Assembly (NCBI RefSeq): GCF_003428155.1
Contig: NZ_QLIR01000005.1
Location: 84,312 to 116,311 of the forward strand
Direction: 5' to 3'
Source: Fastidiosibacter lacustris
GTDB taxonomy: Bacteria > Pseudomonadota > Gammaproteobacteria > Francisellales > Francisellaceae
DNA length: 32,000 nt
Part shown: in pieces, positions 7,789-18,616 of the stretch
Numbering within the stretch: the first letter of the stretch is position 1
How the letters are laid out: the number at the start of each line of letters is the position of its first letter
Notes under the pieces: generated by a model
What the model saw: only the letters and a program-made list of their open reading frames with translations
What the model was told of the DNA's origin: nothing
Database searches by the model: none
Translations under genes and position numbers: made by a program

Positions 7789-9615
7789 ATGAAAATATCC
7801 AGTGTTAAAGTTGTAATATCAAATACTGAACATTGTTGTTTTGCAAAAGCAATATCACATGAAATTGCAGAAAGTGCCAAACAAAGAAAAACAGGTATAG
7901 CTATGCGCAGTGTAGATTACTTGCAGACTAAAATGCGTACTCAACATGCGGTGATTGCTATTGACACTGAAAATGAAGAAGTGGCAGGATTTTGCTATAT
8001 TGAGTCTTGGCAGGATAAAAGTTATGTGTCAAATTCAGGACTGATTGTTTTCCCGAAGTATCGCAGTTTAGGTCTAGCAAAAGCTCTTAAGGAAAAGGCT
8101 TTTGAGTTAGCGCGCTTGTATTATCCAAATGCAAGAATATTTGGCCTAACAACCAATCCTGTAGTGATGAAAATCAATTGTGAGCTTGGTTATCAGCCTA
8201 CATCTTTTGCAAAGCTCACGCATGACATGACTTTTTGGCAAGGTTGCCAAAGTTGTGTCAATTTTTCGATTTTGCAATCCAAAAATTATCAGAACTGCTT
8301 ATGTACAGGTATGCTTTATGAACCCAACAACCATAAACCAAAGGAGCAAAAAATGAAGGTCATAGTAGCCTTTAGTGGTGGCTTAGATACAAGCTTTTGT
8401 GTGAAGTATTTGCAACAAGAAAAAAATCTCGAAGTACATACGGTTACTGTAAATACAGGTGGCTTTTCCAAATTTGATCTAGCAGAAATTGAGAAAAGGG
8501 CATATCAATTGGGCGCAACGACTCACCAAAATATTGATGCAACAAATGATTTTTATAATCACTGTGTTAAATATTTAATTTTTGGGAATGTGCTTAAAAA
8601 TAATTGTTATCCGCTTTCTGTTAGTGCAGAGCGTGCGTTCCAATCGATGGTCATTGCTAACAAAGCAAACGAATTGGGTATCAATAAAATCGCTCACGGT
8701 TGCACAGGAGCAGGTAATGATCAAGTACGTTTTGATTTAATGTTCCATATCTTATGTTCGAATGTTGAGATTATTACTCCCATTCGCGATTTATCGTTAA
8801 CTCGCGCGCAAACACAAGCTTACCTTATTAAGCATGGAATTGAATGCTCAGACAAAACAAAAAAATACTCCATTAACAAAGGGCTTTGGGGGACGTCAAT
8901 AGGTGGTGTAGAAACACTTAGCTCACACTTGGCTTTACCTGAAGAAGCTTGGTCAAGTCAGATGACAAAGTCCTTAAGTGATGAAGAAAAGGTGAAGATT
9001 ACTTTCTTAAAAGGAGAACCAATTGCTTTAAATGATGAATTATCTAACCCTATACAGTTAATCAAAAAACTTAATGAACTTGCAAGTTGCTATGCCATTG
9101 GTCGTGATATTCACGTAGGCGATACCATTATTAACATCAAAGGTCGGGTTGGCTTTGAAGCACCAGCACCTATGGTTTTAATTAAGGCACATCATTGCCT
9201 AGAAAAGCATGTTTTAACAAAAGCGCAGTTAAAGCTAAAAGATCAGCTTGCCTGTACTTATGGTGAGATGGTACATGAAGGTCAGTTTATGGATCCTGCA
9301 TTACGTGATATTGAGAACTTTTTAAGCTCAACGCAACTACATGTTAGTGGCAATGTATTTATCAAGCTTAAGCCGTGGTATTTTACAATCACAGGTATTG
9401 AGTCAGATTATGATTTAATGCAGCAGCAAGGTGCACAATACGGTGAAGGAAACACAAGTTTTAGTGGTCAAGATGTAAGAGGGTTTAGTAAAATTTTAAG
9501 TAATCAGCTTGCAGCCTATCATCAGAAGTTGAAGAACAAGCAGAGTAACCAAACAACAAAATTGGTTACTAGTTCGACAGATAAAAAAGCTCACAATGCT
9601 CTATTGGTTAATTGA
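7789..9615 (+). CDS. argG: Fusion protein: N-terminal GNAT acyltransferase domain (aa 1-~185) plus argininosuccinate synthase (aa 189-608)
   Basis: A single uninterrupted 608-aa frame. The N-terminal part has a GNAT core (SGLIVFPKYRSLGLAKALKEKAFELA) and a Cys-rich tail. The C-terminal part starts MKVIVAFSGGLDTS (ATP pyrophosphatase P-loop of ArgG) and carries YSINKGLWGTSIGG. A perfect AAGGAG (8341-8346) sits 6 nt before the internal ATG at 8353. Confidence 0.85.
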   Translation: MKISSVKVVISNTEHCCFAKAISHEIAESAKQRKTGIAMRSVDYLQTKMRTQHAVIAIDTENEEVAGFCYIESWQDKSYVSNSGLIVFPKYRSLGLAKALKEKAFELARLYYPNARIFGLTTNPVVMKINCELGYQPTSFAKLTHDMTFWQGCQSCVNFSILQSKNYQNCLCTGMLYEPNNHKPKEQKMKVIVAFSGGLDTSFCVKYLQQEKNLEVHTVTVNTGGFSKFDLAEIEKRAYQLGATTHQNIDATNDFYNHCVKYLIFGNVLKNNCYPLSVSAERAFQSMVIANKANELGINKIAHGCTGAGNDQVRFDLMFHILCSNVEIITPIRDLSLTRAQTQAYLIKHGIECSDKTKKYSINKGLWGTSIGGVETLSSHLALPEEAWSSQMTKSLSDEEKVKITFLKGEPIALNDELSNPIQLIKKLNELASCYAIGRDIHVGDTIINIKGRVGFEAPAPMVLIKAHHCLEKHVLTKAQLKLKDQLACTYGEMVHEGQFMDPALRDIENFLSSTQLHVSGNVFIKLKPWYFTITGIESDYDLMQQQGAQYGEGNTSFSGQDVRGFSKILSNQLAAYHQKLKNKQSNQTTKLVTSSTDKKAHNALLVN

Positions 9616-9618
9616 AGA

Positions 9619-10596
9619 ATGAATATGATAAAAAACAAAAAAATAAAAGTAGGGATTATAGGAGGTGCTGGTTATACGGCAGGAGAATTATTACGTATCT
9701 TAACCTACCACCCTCACGTTAATATAGACTTTGTACACAGTGATTCAAATCAAGGTAAACCAATAAAAAATGTACATCGTGATTTTTATTTAATTGATGA
9801 AAAACGCGTGTTTGATCATATGCTTAATCCAGAAGTTGACGTTGCTTTTTTGTGTGTTGGTCACAATCAGTCAAAGTCAGTCTTAAAAAACGTAATATTT
9901 TCAAATACCACTAAACTTATTGATTTAAGTCAAGATCATCGTAATAGTTCAGAGAATCCAGAATTTGTATATGGGCTTGCCGATGTTTATCCAAATGAAA
10001 TCAAGCAAGCAACTAAAATTGCCAATCCTGGTTGTTTTGCAACAGCCATTCAGCTTGGTGTAATGCCATTTTGCCAATATGTGCAAGATGATGTTCATGT
10101 CACAGCGATTACAGGTTCAACAGGGGCTGGCGCTAAGTTAAGTGATACTTCCCATTTTAGTTGGCGAGCCAATAACCTTTCAGTTTACAAAAGCTTTGAA
10201 CATCAGCATATGAATGAGATATGCCGAGGTTTAGGCTTAAATAGAAATCAGTTGCAATTTGTTCCGATGCGAGGTGCATTTACCCGTGGTATATTGGCAT
10301 CGATTTATTTTAAATCATCATTAAATGGGATAGAAGCAAGAAACTTGGCACAAGCCTTTTACCACAAGGTCGAATTTGTTAAGGTGAGTGAAGAAGAATC
10401 AGGTCCAGATTTAAAAAGTGTGGTCAATACCAATTACTGTTTGCTATCAGTTAAAAAGTATGGTGATTATTTGCATATTATTAGTGTGATTGATAATTTA
10501 ATTAAAGGTGCGGTAGGGCAAGCCGTACAAAATATGAATTTAATGTTTGGCTTTGATATAAGCTGTGGTTTGACATTGAAGCCAATTGCTTTTTAA
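9619..10596 (+). CDS. argC: N-acyl-gamma-glutamyl-phosphate reductase
   Basis: N-terminal Rossmann motif KVGIIGGAGYTAGELLR, catalytic-Cys motif ANPGCFATA, C-terminal DNLIKGAVGQAVQNMNLMFG. Confidence 0.9.
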   Translation: MNMIKNKKIKVGIIGGAGYTAGELLRILTYHPHVNIDFVHSDSNQGKPIKNVHRDFYLIDEKRVFDHMLNPEVDVAFLCVGHNQSKSVLKNVIFSNTTKLIDLSQDHRNSSENPEFVYGLADVYPNEIKQATKIANPGCFATAIQLGVMPFCQYVQDDVHVTAITGSTGAGAKLSDTSHFSWRANNLSVYKSFEHQHMNEICRGLGLNRNQLQFVPMRGAFTRGILASIYFKSSLNGIEARNLAQAFYHKVEFVKVSEEESGPDLKSVVNTNYCLLSVKKYGDYLHIISVIDNLIKGAVGQAVQNMNLMFGFDISCGLTLKPIAF

Positions 10597-10616
10597 GTTG
10601 AAATTAGGAGAAGAGC

Positions 10617-11597
10617 ATGCAACATTATCTTAGTATTAAAGATATAGACAATATTAAAAATGCAATTGAATCGTGTATTGAGATTAAAAAATCACCTTTT
10701 ACTAAGCTACAGCTTGCAAACAATAAAACATTAGGCATCATCTTTCTCAATCCTAGCTTGCGTACCAAAATTTCAACGATTAAGGCTGCACAAAACATTG
10801 GATTAAACGTGTTACCGATTGATGTTAACAATGGCTGGTCACTGGAATTTAGTGAAGGCGTTGTGATGGATACAAATAAACCAGAGCATATCAAGGAAGC
10901 CGCACAAGTTATTGCAAAATATTGCGATATGGTTGCTATTCGTGCTTTTGCTAAGCTTATGGATAAGGAAGAAGATTATAAAGAGCAAATATTTGCCAGC
11001 TTTAAAAAATATACAAATTGCCCGCTTATAAATTTAGAGTCTACCTTACGCCATCCATTGCAAAGCTTGGCAGATATTTTAACAATTGAAGAGTATAAAA
11101 ATATACAAAGCTTAAAAAAGCTTAAAGTAGTGCTAAGTTGGGCTCCGCATGTTAATCCATTACCACATGCTGTCGCAAATTCATTTGCTGAGAGTATGCA
11201 GTTGATGGATTATGAGTTTGTTATCACGCATCCTAAAGGCTATGAGCTGGATCCTGAGTTTACAAAAAATGCCTCAGTTTGTTACGATCAAGATGAAGCA
11301 TTAAAAGGAGCGGATTTTATTTATGTTAAAAATTGGTCAAGTACTAAATATTATGGCAAGGTGACCAATACAGATCAAAGTTGGATGATCAATAAAAACA
11401 AACTTAAAAACGCGCCTTATGCCAAAGTGATGCACTGCTTACCTGTTCGTAGAAATTTAGTGATTGCAGATGATGTATTGGATTCTGAGCAATCAATAGT
11501 TATTGATCAAGCAGAAAATCGCCTTTATGCAGCGCAATATGTGCTGTCAGAAATCATTAAAACGCTTGATAAAAAAGAAAATAGGCTTAAATCTTGA
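10617..11597 (+). CDS. argF: N-acyl-L-ornithine carbamoyltransferase (ArgF'-type; predicted N-succinylornithine specific)
   Basis: Transcarbamylase motifs PSLRT, HPLQSLAD and HCLPVRRN. The N-terminal 110 aa closely parallel my recollection of the Bacteroides fragilis SOTCase (IKKxxF..NKTL..IFxNxSLRT...DxxKPEH...RAFA). Pro89 in DTNKPEH occupies the specificity position. Strong SD AGGAG before the ATG. Confidence 0.8.
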   Translation: MQHYLSIKDIDNIKNAIESCIEIKKSPFTKLQLANNKTLGIIFLNPSLRTKISTIKAAQNIGLNVLPIDVNNGWSLEFSEGVVMDTNKPEHIKEAAQVIAKYCDMVAIRAFAKLMDKEEDYKEQIFASFKKYTNCPLINLESTLRHPLQSLADILTIEEYKNIQSLKKLKVVLSWAPHVNPLPHAVANSFAESMQLMDYEFVITHPKGYELDPEFTKNASVCYDQDEALKGADFIYVKNWSSTKYYGKVTNTDQSWMINKNKLKNAPYAKVMHCLPVRRNLVIADDVLDSEQSIVIDQAENRLYAAQYVLSEIIKTLDKKENRLKS

Positions 11598-11682
11598 GAA
11601 ATAGAATAATGTAATTCCACTTTACTTATCATATATGACAGATTTATAGAGATATCATGTAAAACCTGGAAAATTTTGGAAG

Positions 11683-12510
11683 ATGAAAAATCAAATCAAT
11701 AAAATAAAAATCATTAAAATTGGTGGTCGTGTTATGGATGACACACAGCAATTAGAACAGTTCTTTGGTGCATTATCTAAGCAAAACGTACCTTTTATTT
11801 TGGTGCATGGTGGGGGTGATAAGGTCAATAAACTAGTTGAAAAATTTCACATTACACCACAGTTTGTTGATGGTCGACGTATAACCGACAATAAAAGCTT
11901 GGAAGCTGTTGTGATGATGCTTGCTGGATGGATAAATAAAGACATCGTGGCAAGTTTACAAGCAAAGGGTCTCAATGCATGGGGTTTAACGGGAGTGGAT
12001 GCAAATTTAGTCATGTGTGATAAACGTTGCATGCAAAAGTATGATTTTGGTTTTGTTGGTGATGTAAAGTCGGTTAACGTATCACCTTTGTTAATGCTAT
12101 TAGAACACGGTATAACGCCAGTTTTATCCCCCATTACCCACGATGGTAAAGGGCAGTTATTAAACACTAATGCCGATACCTTTGCCGCAAGCATTGCAAT
12201 AAACTTGGCCATCATTCAAGGTATTGAGATTGAGCTTTATTATTGTTTAGATTTACAAGGTGTGTATGAAAACCTTGATCAGCCTGATTCGTTGATTGCA
12301 GTATTGGATGAAGATAAGTTTAAAGACTGCCATGCTCAAGGCATGATTAAAGAAGGTATGATTCCTAAGCTTCAAAATTGCTTTAGTGCTTTAGAGCGGG
12401 GGGTTAGTAAAATCTATGTGAGTAATGCTACGCAAATAATTCAACTGTTGATAGGCTTGAAGTTTAAAGGTACAGCAATCGTTAAAAAAGAGAAGTCTAT
12501 ACATGTCTAA
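11683..12510 (+). CDS. argB: N-acylglutamate kinase (amino-acid kinase family)
   Basis: IKIGGRVMDD, VHGGGDKVN, NTNADTFAASIA motifs. About 275 aa. Preceded by the only sizeable gap (85 bp) within the arg cluster. Confidence 0.85.
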   Translation: MKNQINKIKIIKIGGRVMDDTQQLEQFFGALSKQNVPFILVHGGGDKVNKLVEKFHITPQFVDGRRITDNKSLEAVVMMLAGWINKDIVASLQAKGLNAWGLTGVDANLVMCDKRCMQKYDFGFVGDVKSVNVSPLLMLLEHGITPVLSPITHDGKGQLLNTNADTFAASIAINLAIIQGIEIELYYCLDLQGVYENLDQPDSLIAVLDEDKFKDCHAQGMIKEGMIPKLQNCFSALERGVSKIYVSNATQIIQLLIGLKFKGTAIVKKEKSIHV

Positions 12511-13600
12511 GATGGTGTTAGAAAATAAAGAAATGCTTAAGGTGAAATGTGATGCTTTAGCCCTACTTAAAGCACTTATTGCTACTCCGTCGCCTTCGAA
12601 ACAAGAGAATAAAACAGCATGCTTATTGCAATCATGGTTAAATGACAAAGGTGTTGATGCCACTTTAATTGGCAATAATGTTTGTGCCAAAAATAAATTT
12701 TTTGATACGTATAAACCATCGATTTTGCTTGTTTCGCATCATGATACGGTGCCCCCCTCGAAAGATTATACAATTGATCCTTACACTCCTTTCATAAAAG
12801 AAGGGAAGCTTTATGGGTTAGGCTCAAATGATGCAGGTGGACCACTGGTGAGTCTGTTAAGTGCTTTTGTTTATTTTTATGATGAGGAGCATTTGCCATT
12901 TAATTTAATGTTTTGTGCAGCAGCAGAGGAGGAGATTTCAGGTAGAAATGGGTTGGAGTTGGCGTTACCATTTTTTGGTGAAATCAATTTTGCAATTGTC
13001 GGCGAGCCCACAAGTATGGCTTTAGCGATTAGTGAAAAAGGATTAATGGTTTGTGATTGTATAGCGTATGGTAAATCAGGACATACGGCAAGAGACGAAG
13101 GTGAAAACGCGATTTTAAAAGCAATTAAAGATATACAATGGTTGACAAACTATAAATTTGACAAAGTATCTCCCAGTTTAGGGGAGATTAAAATGAGTGC
13201 TACCATGATTGAAGCTGGTATTAAGCATAACATTGTGCCTAATAAATGTCATTTTGTTGTCGATGTACGTACAACAGATGCTTATAGTAATGAGGAAGTG
13301 CTAAAAATTATGCAGCAAAATATGCAATCAGAAGTACAGGCGCGTTCAACTCGAATAAAACCAAGTGCAACACCACTGAATCATCCTGTAGTAAAAGCAT
13401 TGCTAGCACAAGGTGTCACAACGTATGGTTCTCCCACGACTTCAGATCAAGCAATTTTGAGTTGTCCTAGTGTTAAATTTTCACCAGGAGATTCAGCACG
13501 CTCGCATACGGCGAATGAATTTATTTATATTCAACAAATTAATGAAGGAATTGCTTTTTTCATAGATTTTTTTAGTACAATGAGGAATATGAAATGGTAG
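12503..13600 (+). CDS. argE: M20-family deacylase (ArgE-like; acetylornithine deacetylase / possible succinyl-citrulline desuccinylase)
   Basis: Metal-ligand motifs SHHDTV, GSNDAGG and AAEEEISG, plus a dimerisation-domain insert. Overlaps argB by 8 nt and argH by 7 nt. Confidence 0.75.
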   Translation: MSKMVLENKEMLKVKCDALALLKALIATPSPSKQENKTACLLQSWLNDKGVDATLIGNNVCAKNKFFDTYKPSILLVSHHDTVPPSKDYTIDPYTPFIKEGKLYGLGSNDAGGPLVSLLSAFVYFYDEEHLPFNLMFCAAAEEEISGRNGLELALPFFGEINFAIVGEPTSMALAISEKGLMVCDCIAYGKSGHTARDEGENAILKAIKDIQWLTNYKFDKVSPSLGEIKMSATMIEAGIKHNIVPNKCHFVVDVRTTDAYSNEEVLKIMQQNMQSEVQARSTRIKPSATPLNHPVVKALLAQGVTTYGSPTTSDQAILSCPSVKFSPGDSARSHTANEFIYIQQINEGIAFFIDFFSTMRNMKW

Positions 13601-15033
13601 AAAAAATAGTAGATAACCAAAAGCAAAAACTATGGGGTGGGCGTTTTAGTGAAGATAACAATCCGTTATTTGTACAATTTAATGCATCGCTTCGTTTTGA
13701 CTACCGTTTGCTAGCTTATGATATTAAAGCGAGTAAAGTTTTTACACATGGACTTTATGATATTAGTGTATTAACACAAGTTGAGCTAAGTGCACTCCAT
13801 CAAGCGCTAGATGAAATTGCAAAAGATAACCAGCAAAACCCCAAGTTGATTCAAGAAGCAATTTGGGAAGGGGTAGAAGACGTACATACTTTTGTTGAGC
13901 AAAGTTTAGTGGAGAAGTTAGGTGATTTAGCGTATAAAGCCAATACGAGTAGATCGCGTAATGAACAAGTTTCATGTGCGACAAGATTATGGGCGTTGGA
14001 TCACATTGATCAAGTTGTTGATCTTATTCAAAATTTGCAACACGATTTGTGTCAACAAGCACAGACCAACATTGATGTTCCACTCATGGGGTATACCCAT
14101 TTACAGCAGGCACAACCTATTACATGGGGTCATTATTTCTTGTCTTTTTATGAAATGCTCAAGCGTGATATTGAAAGACTATCAGATGTCAAAAAACGTG
14201 TGGACATTTCACCTTTAGGATTAGGTGCAATTGCAGGTAATTCGTGGCAATTAGATCGTTATAAAATAGCAAAACAATTAGGGTTTAGTGAAGTTTCAAA
14301 AAATAGCTTAGATGCTGTGAGTGATCGTGATTATATCATCGAATTTATGGCGGCATTGAGTCTTGTTAGTGTACATTTAAGCCGCCTTGCTGAAGATATG
14401 ATTATCTATTCAACAACTGAATTTGATTTACTTGAGATGAGCGATGAAGTAACAACGGGTTCCTCACTTATGCCGCAAAAGAAAAATCCAGATGCAATGG
14501 AACTTGTACGTGGTAAAACAGGACGTATCTATGGTCATTTAATTGCATTATTAACGACGATAAAAGCGTTACCTTCAGGTTATAACAAAGATCTACAAGA
14601 AGACAAAGAAGCATTGTTTGGTGCTGTAGATACAATAATTGATATATTACGGATTACCAAGATTACTATTGCGAGTTTAAAGATTAAAAAAAATAAGGAT
14701 TATAAGCATAGCTTTTGTGTTGCCACCGAACTTGCAGATTACCTTGCTAAAAAAGGTGTACCATTTAGAAAAGCTCATCATATAGTAGGTAAAATTACAC
14801 GCTTTGCATTGAATGAAGGTCGTCCACTTAAAGAGCTAACATTAACCGAATATCAGCGGTTTTTTCCAAACGTTGAACAAGATATTTTTCAAGTGATAAC
14901 GATTGATTTTGCAATCAATAGTAAAAAGGTAATCGGTGGGACAGCAGTTGAGGAAGTTAAGAAACAGCTAGATGTTATAAACTCAAGTATGAGCGTTGAT
15001 TCAGCAAAGGTCGGTATTCAATACACTTTCTAA
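13594..15033 (+). CDS. argH: Argininosuccinate lyase
   Basis: KLWGGRF N-terminus, fumarate-lyase signature GSSLMPQKKNPD, YNKDLQEDKE. Confidence 0.92.
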   Translation: MVEKIVDNQKQKLWGGRFSEDNNPLFVQFNASLRFDYRLLAYDIKASKVFTHGLYDISVLTQVELSALHQALDEIAKDNQQNPKLIQEAIWEGVEDVHTFVEQSLVEKLGDLAYKANTSRSRNEQVSCATRLWALDHIDQVVDLIQNLQHDLCQQAQTNIDVPLMGYTHLQQAQPITWGHYFLSFYEMLKRDIERLSDVKKRVDISPLGLGAIAGNSWQLDRYKIAKQLGFSEVSKNSLDAVSDRDYIIEFMAALSLVSVHLSRLAEDMIIYSTTEFDLLEMSDEVTTGSSLMPQKKNPDAMELVRGKTGRIYGHLIALLTTIKALPSGYNKDLQEDKEALFGAVDTIIDILRITKITIASLKIKKNKDYKHSFCVATELADYLAKKGVPFRKAHHIVGKITRFALNEGRPLKELTLTEYQRFFPNVEQDIFQVITIDFAINSKKVIGGTAVEEVKKQLDVINSSMSVDSAKVGIQYTF

Positions 15034-15073
15034 TTCCAAATATCAATAATTTAAGGTGTTTAGTTGCAATGTT

Positions 15074-15082
15074 TGATATAAT
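15074..15082 (+). promoter_or_regulatory. Extended -10 promoter candidate for gyrB
   Basis: TGATATAAT (TGn + TATAAT) 40 nt upstream of the gyrB ATG. No good -35, which is consistent with an extended -10 type. Confidence 0.3.
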
Positions 15083-15121
15083 TCCGCGTGATTTGTTTTT
15101 AAGTAAAAATGGAGCGACTGA

Positions 15122-17539
<2,418 letters not shown>

Positions 17540-17602
17540 TTTTGTGACGATGGGGTGCTATATACACTTTAATTTATCATGCTATTAATATATTTGAAAG
17601 GT

Positions 17603-17644
17603 TTGCAATTATTGGCGTTATCTAAGATAAAATGATACCATATC
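17603..17644 (+). promoter_or_regulatory. Promoter candidate with overlapping Fur-box-like AT-rich element upstream of the Fe-S carrier gene
   Basis: TTGCAA (17603-17608), 17 nt spacer, GATAAA (17626-17631). GATAAAATGATACCATATC (17626-17644) matches about 11/19 of the GATAATGATAATCATTATC Fur consensus. Confidence 0.25.
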
Positions 17645-17669
17645 AGTACTATTTTATTGAATAAACCTG

Positions 17670-18056
17670 ATGAGAAAAACTATGATAGAAAAGTTTGATC
17701 CAAATATTGAGCGACCAGTAACTTTTACTCAAGCGGCATTAAAGCACTTTAAAAAACATTTGGAAAAAATAGGTGGACTTGGGATTAAAATCGGTATCAA
17801 GACCACAGGTTGTTCAGGTTTAGCTTATGTTGTTGAGCCTATTCATGAATTACCGCAAGGGTTTATTAGACTAGAAGAACAAGGCGTTTTGTTCTTTGTT
17901 GATCCTAAAGCCTTGCAATATGTTAATGGTCTTGAAATTGATCACATTAAAAGAGAACTTGGTTTGTCACAACTTGTTTATAAGAATCCCAATGAGTCAG
18001 CACGTTGTGGCTGTGGTGAGAGTTTTACCGTTATAGATGAGGGGTTGAAAGGTTAA
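17670..18056 (+). CDS. A-type iron-sulfur cluster carrier (HesB/IscA/SufA/ErpA family)
   Basis: GCSGLAY ... C-terminal CGCGESF cysteine triad, about 120 aa. The start may be the ATG at 17682. Confidence 0.8.
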   Translation: MRKTMIEKFDPNIERPVTFTQAALKHFKKHLEKIGGLGIKIGIKTTGCSGLAYVVEPIHELPQGFIRLEEQGVLFFVDPKALQYVNGLEIDHIKRELGLSQLVYKNPNESARCGCGESFTVIDEGLKG

Positions 18057-18607
18057 TGAAGATGTCAGACGTTGCAATTTTACGTCGTGAGGTAGAAGTT
18101 ACGACGGTGCCTTATGGCGAAAAAATGACACTCATGCCAGGACAAGAAGTTTTAGTGACTCAAGCAATGGGTGCAAGTTTCACACTAAATGTGATGGGTA
18201 ACTTAGTTTACTTAGATGGCAAAGATGCTGATGCAATCAATCGAGAAATTATATTGTTGCCCAGTGATAAAATTGACGTGAAACCAGGCGATGAAATTAA
18301 TATGGATTTAATTTGGGCACAATTGCGCACAGTTTATGACCCAGAAATTCCAGTTAATATTGTTGATTTAGGCTTAATTTATGACATTTCAACTACGTTA
18401 TTGGAAAATAGTAACTATCATATTGGGGTTCAGATGACCTTAACTGCCCCAGGTTGCGGTATGGGACCAATATTGGTGCAGGATGTGGAAGAAAAACTTA
18501 AACAATTTGCTAATATTGATAAAGCTGATGTCGTGCTTGTGTTTGATCCCCCCTGGAATTCAGAGATGATGACCGAGGAAGCAAAATTGGAACTTGGCTT
18601 ATTTTAA
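18056..18607 (+). CDS. sufT: SufT-like Fe-S assembly protein (long form, C-terminal DUF59 domain)
   Basis: The C-terminal DUF59 pattern (VYDPEIPVNIVDLGLIYD...TLTAPGCGMG) and the N-terminal ~70-aa domain match my recollection of long SufT proteins. The start overlaps the upstream stop (TAATG). Confidence 0.6.
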   Translation: MKMSDVAILRREVEVTTVPYGEKMTLMPGQEVLVTQAMGASFTLNVMGNLVYLDGKDADAINREIILLPSDKIDVKPGDEINMDLIWAQLRTVYDPEIPVNIVDLGLIYDISTTLLENSNYHIGVQMTLTAPGCGMGPILVQDVEEKLKQFANIDKADVVLVFDPPWNSEMMTEEAKLELGLF

Positions 18608-18616
18608 GGAAAGCTT

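Noticed and set aside
11600-11625. Possible ARG box upstream of argB (AGAATaatgtaATTCC)
   Set aside because: The half sites are each 4/5 but are separated by 6 nt rather than 4 nt, so the dyad geometry does not fit the ARG box.
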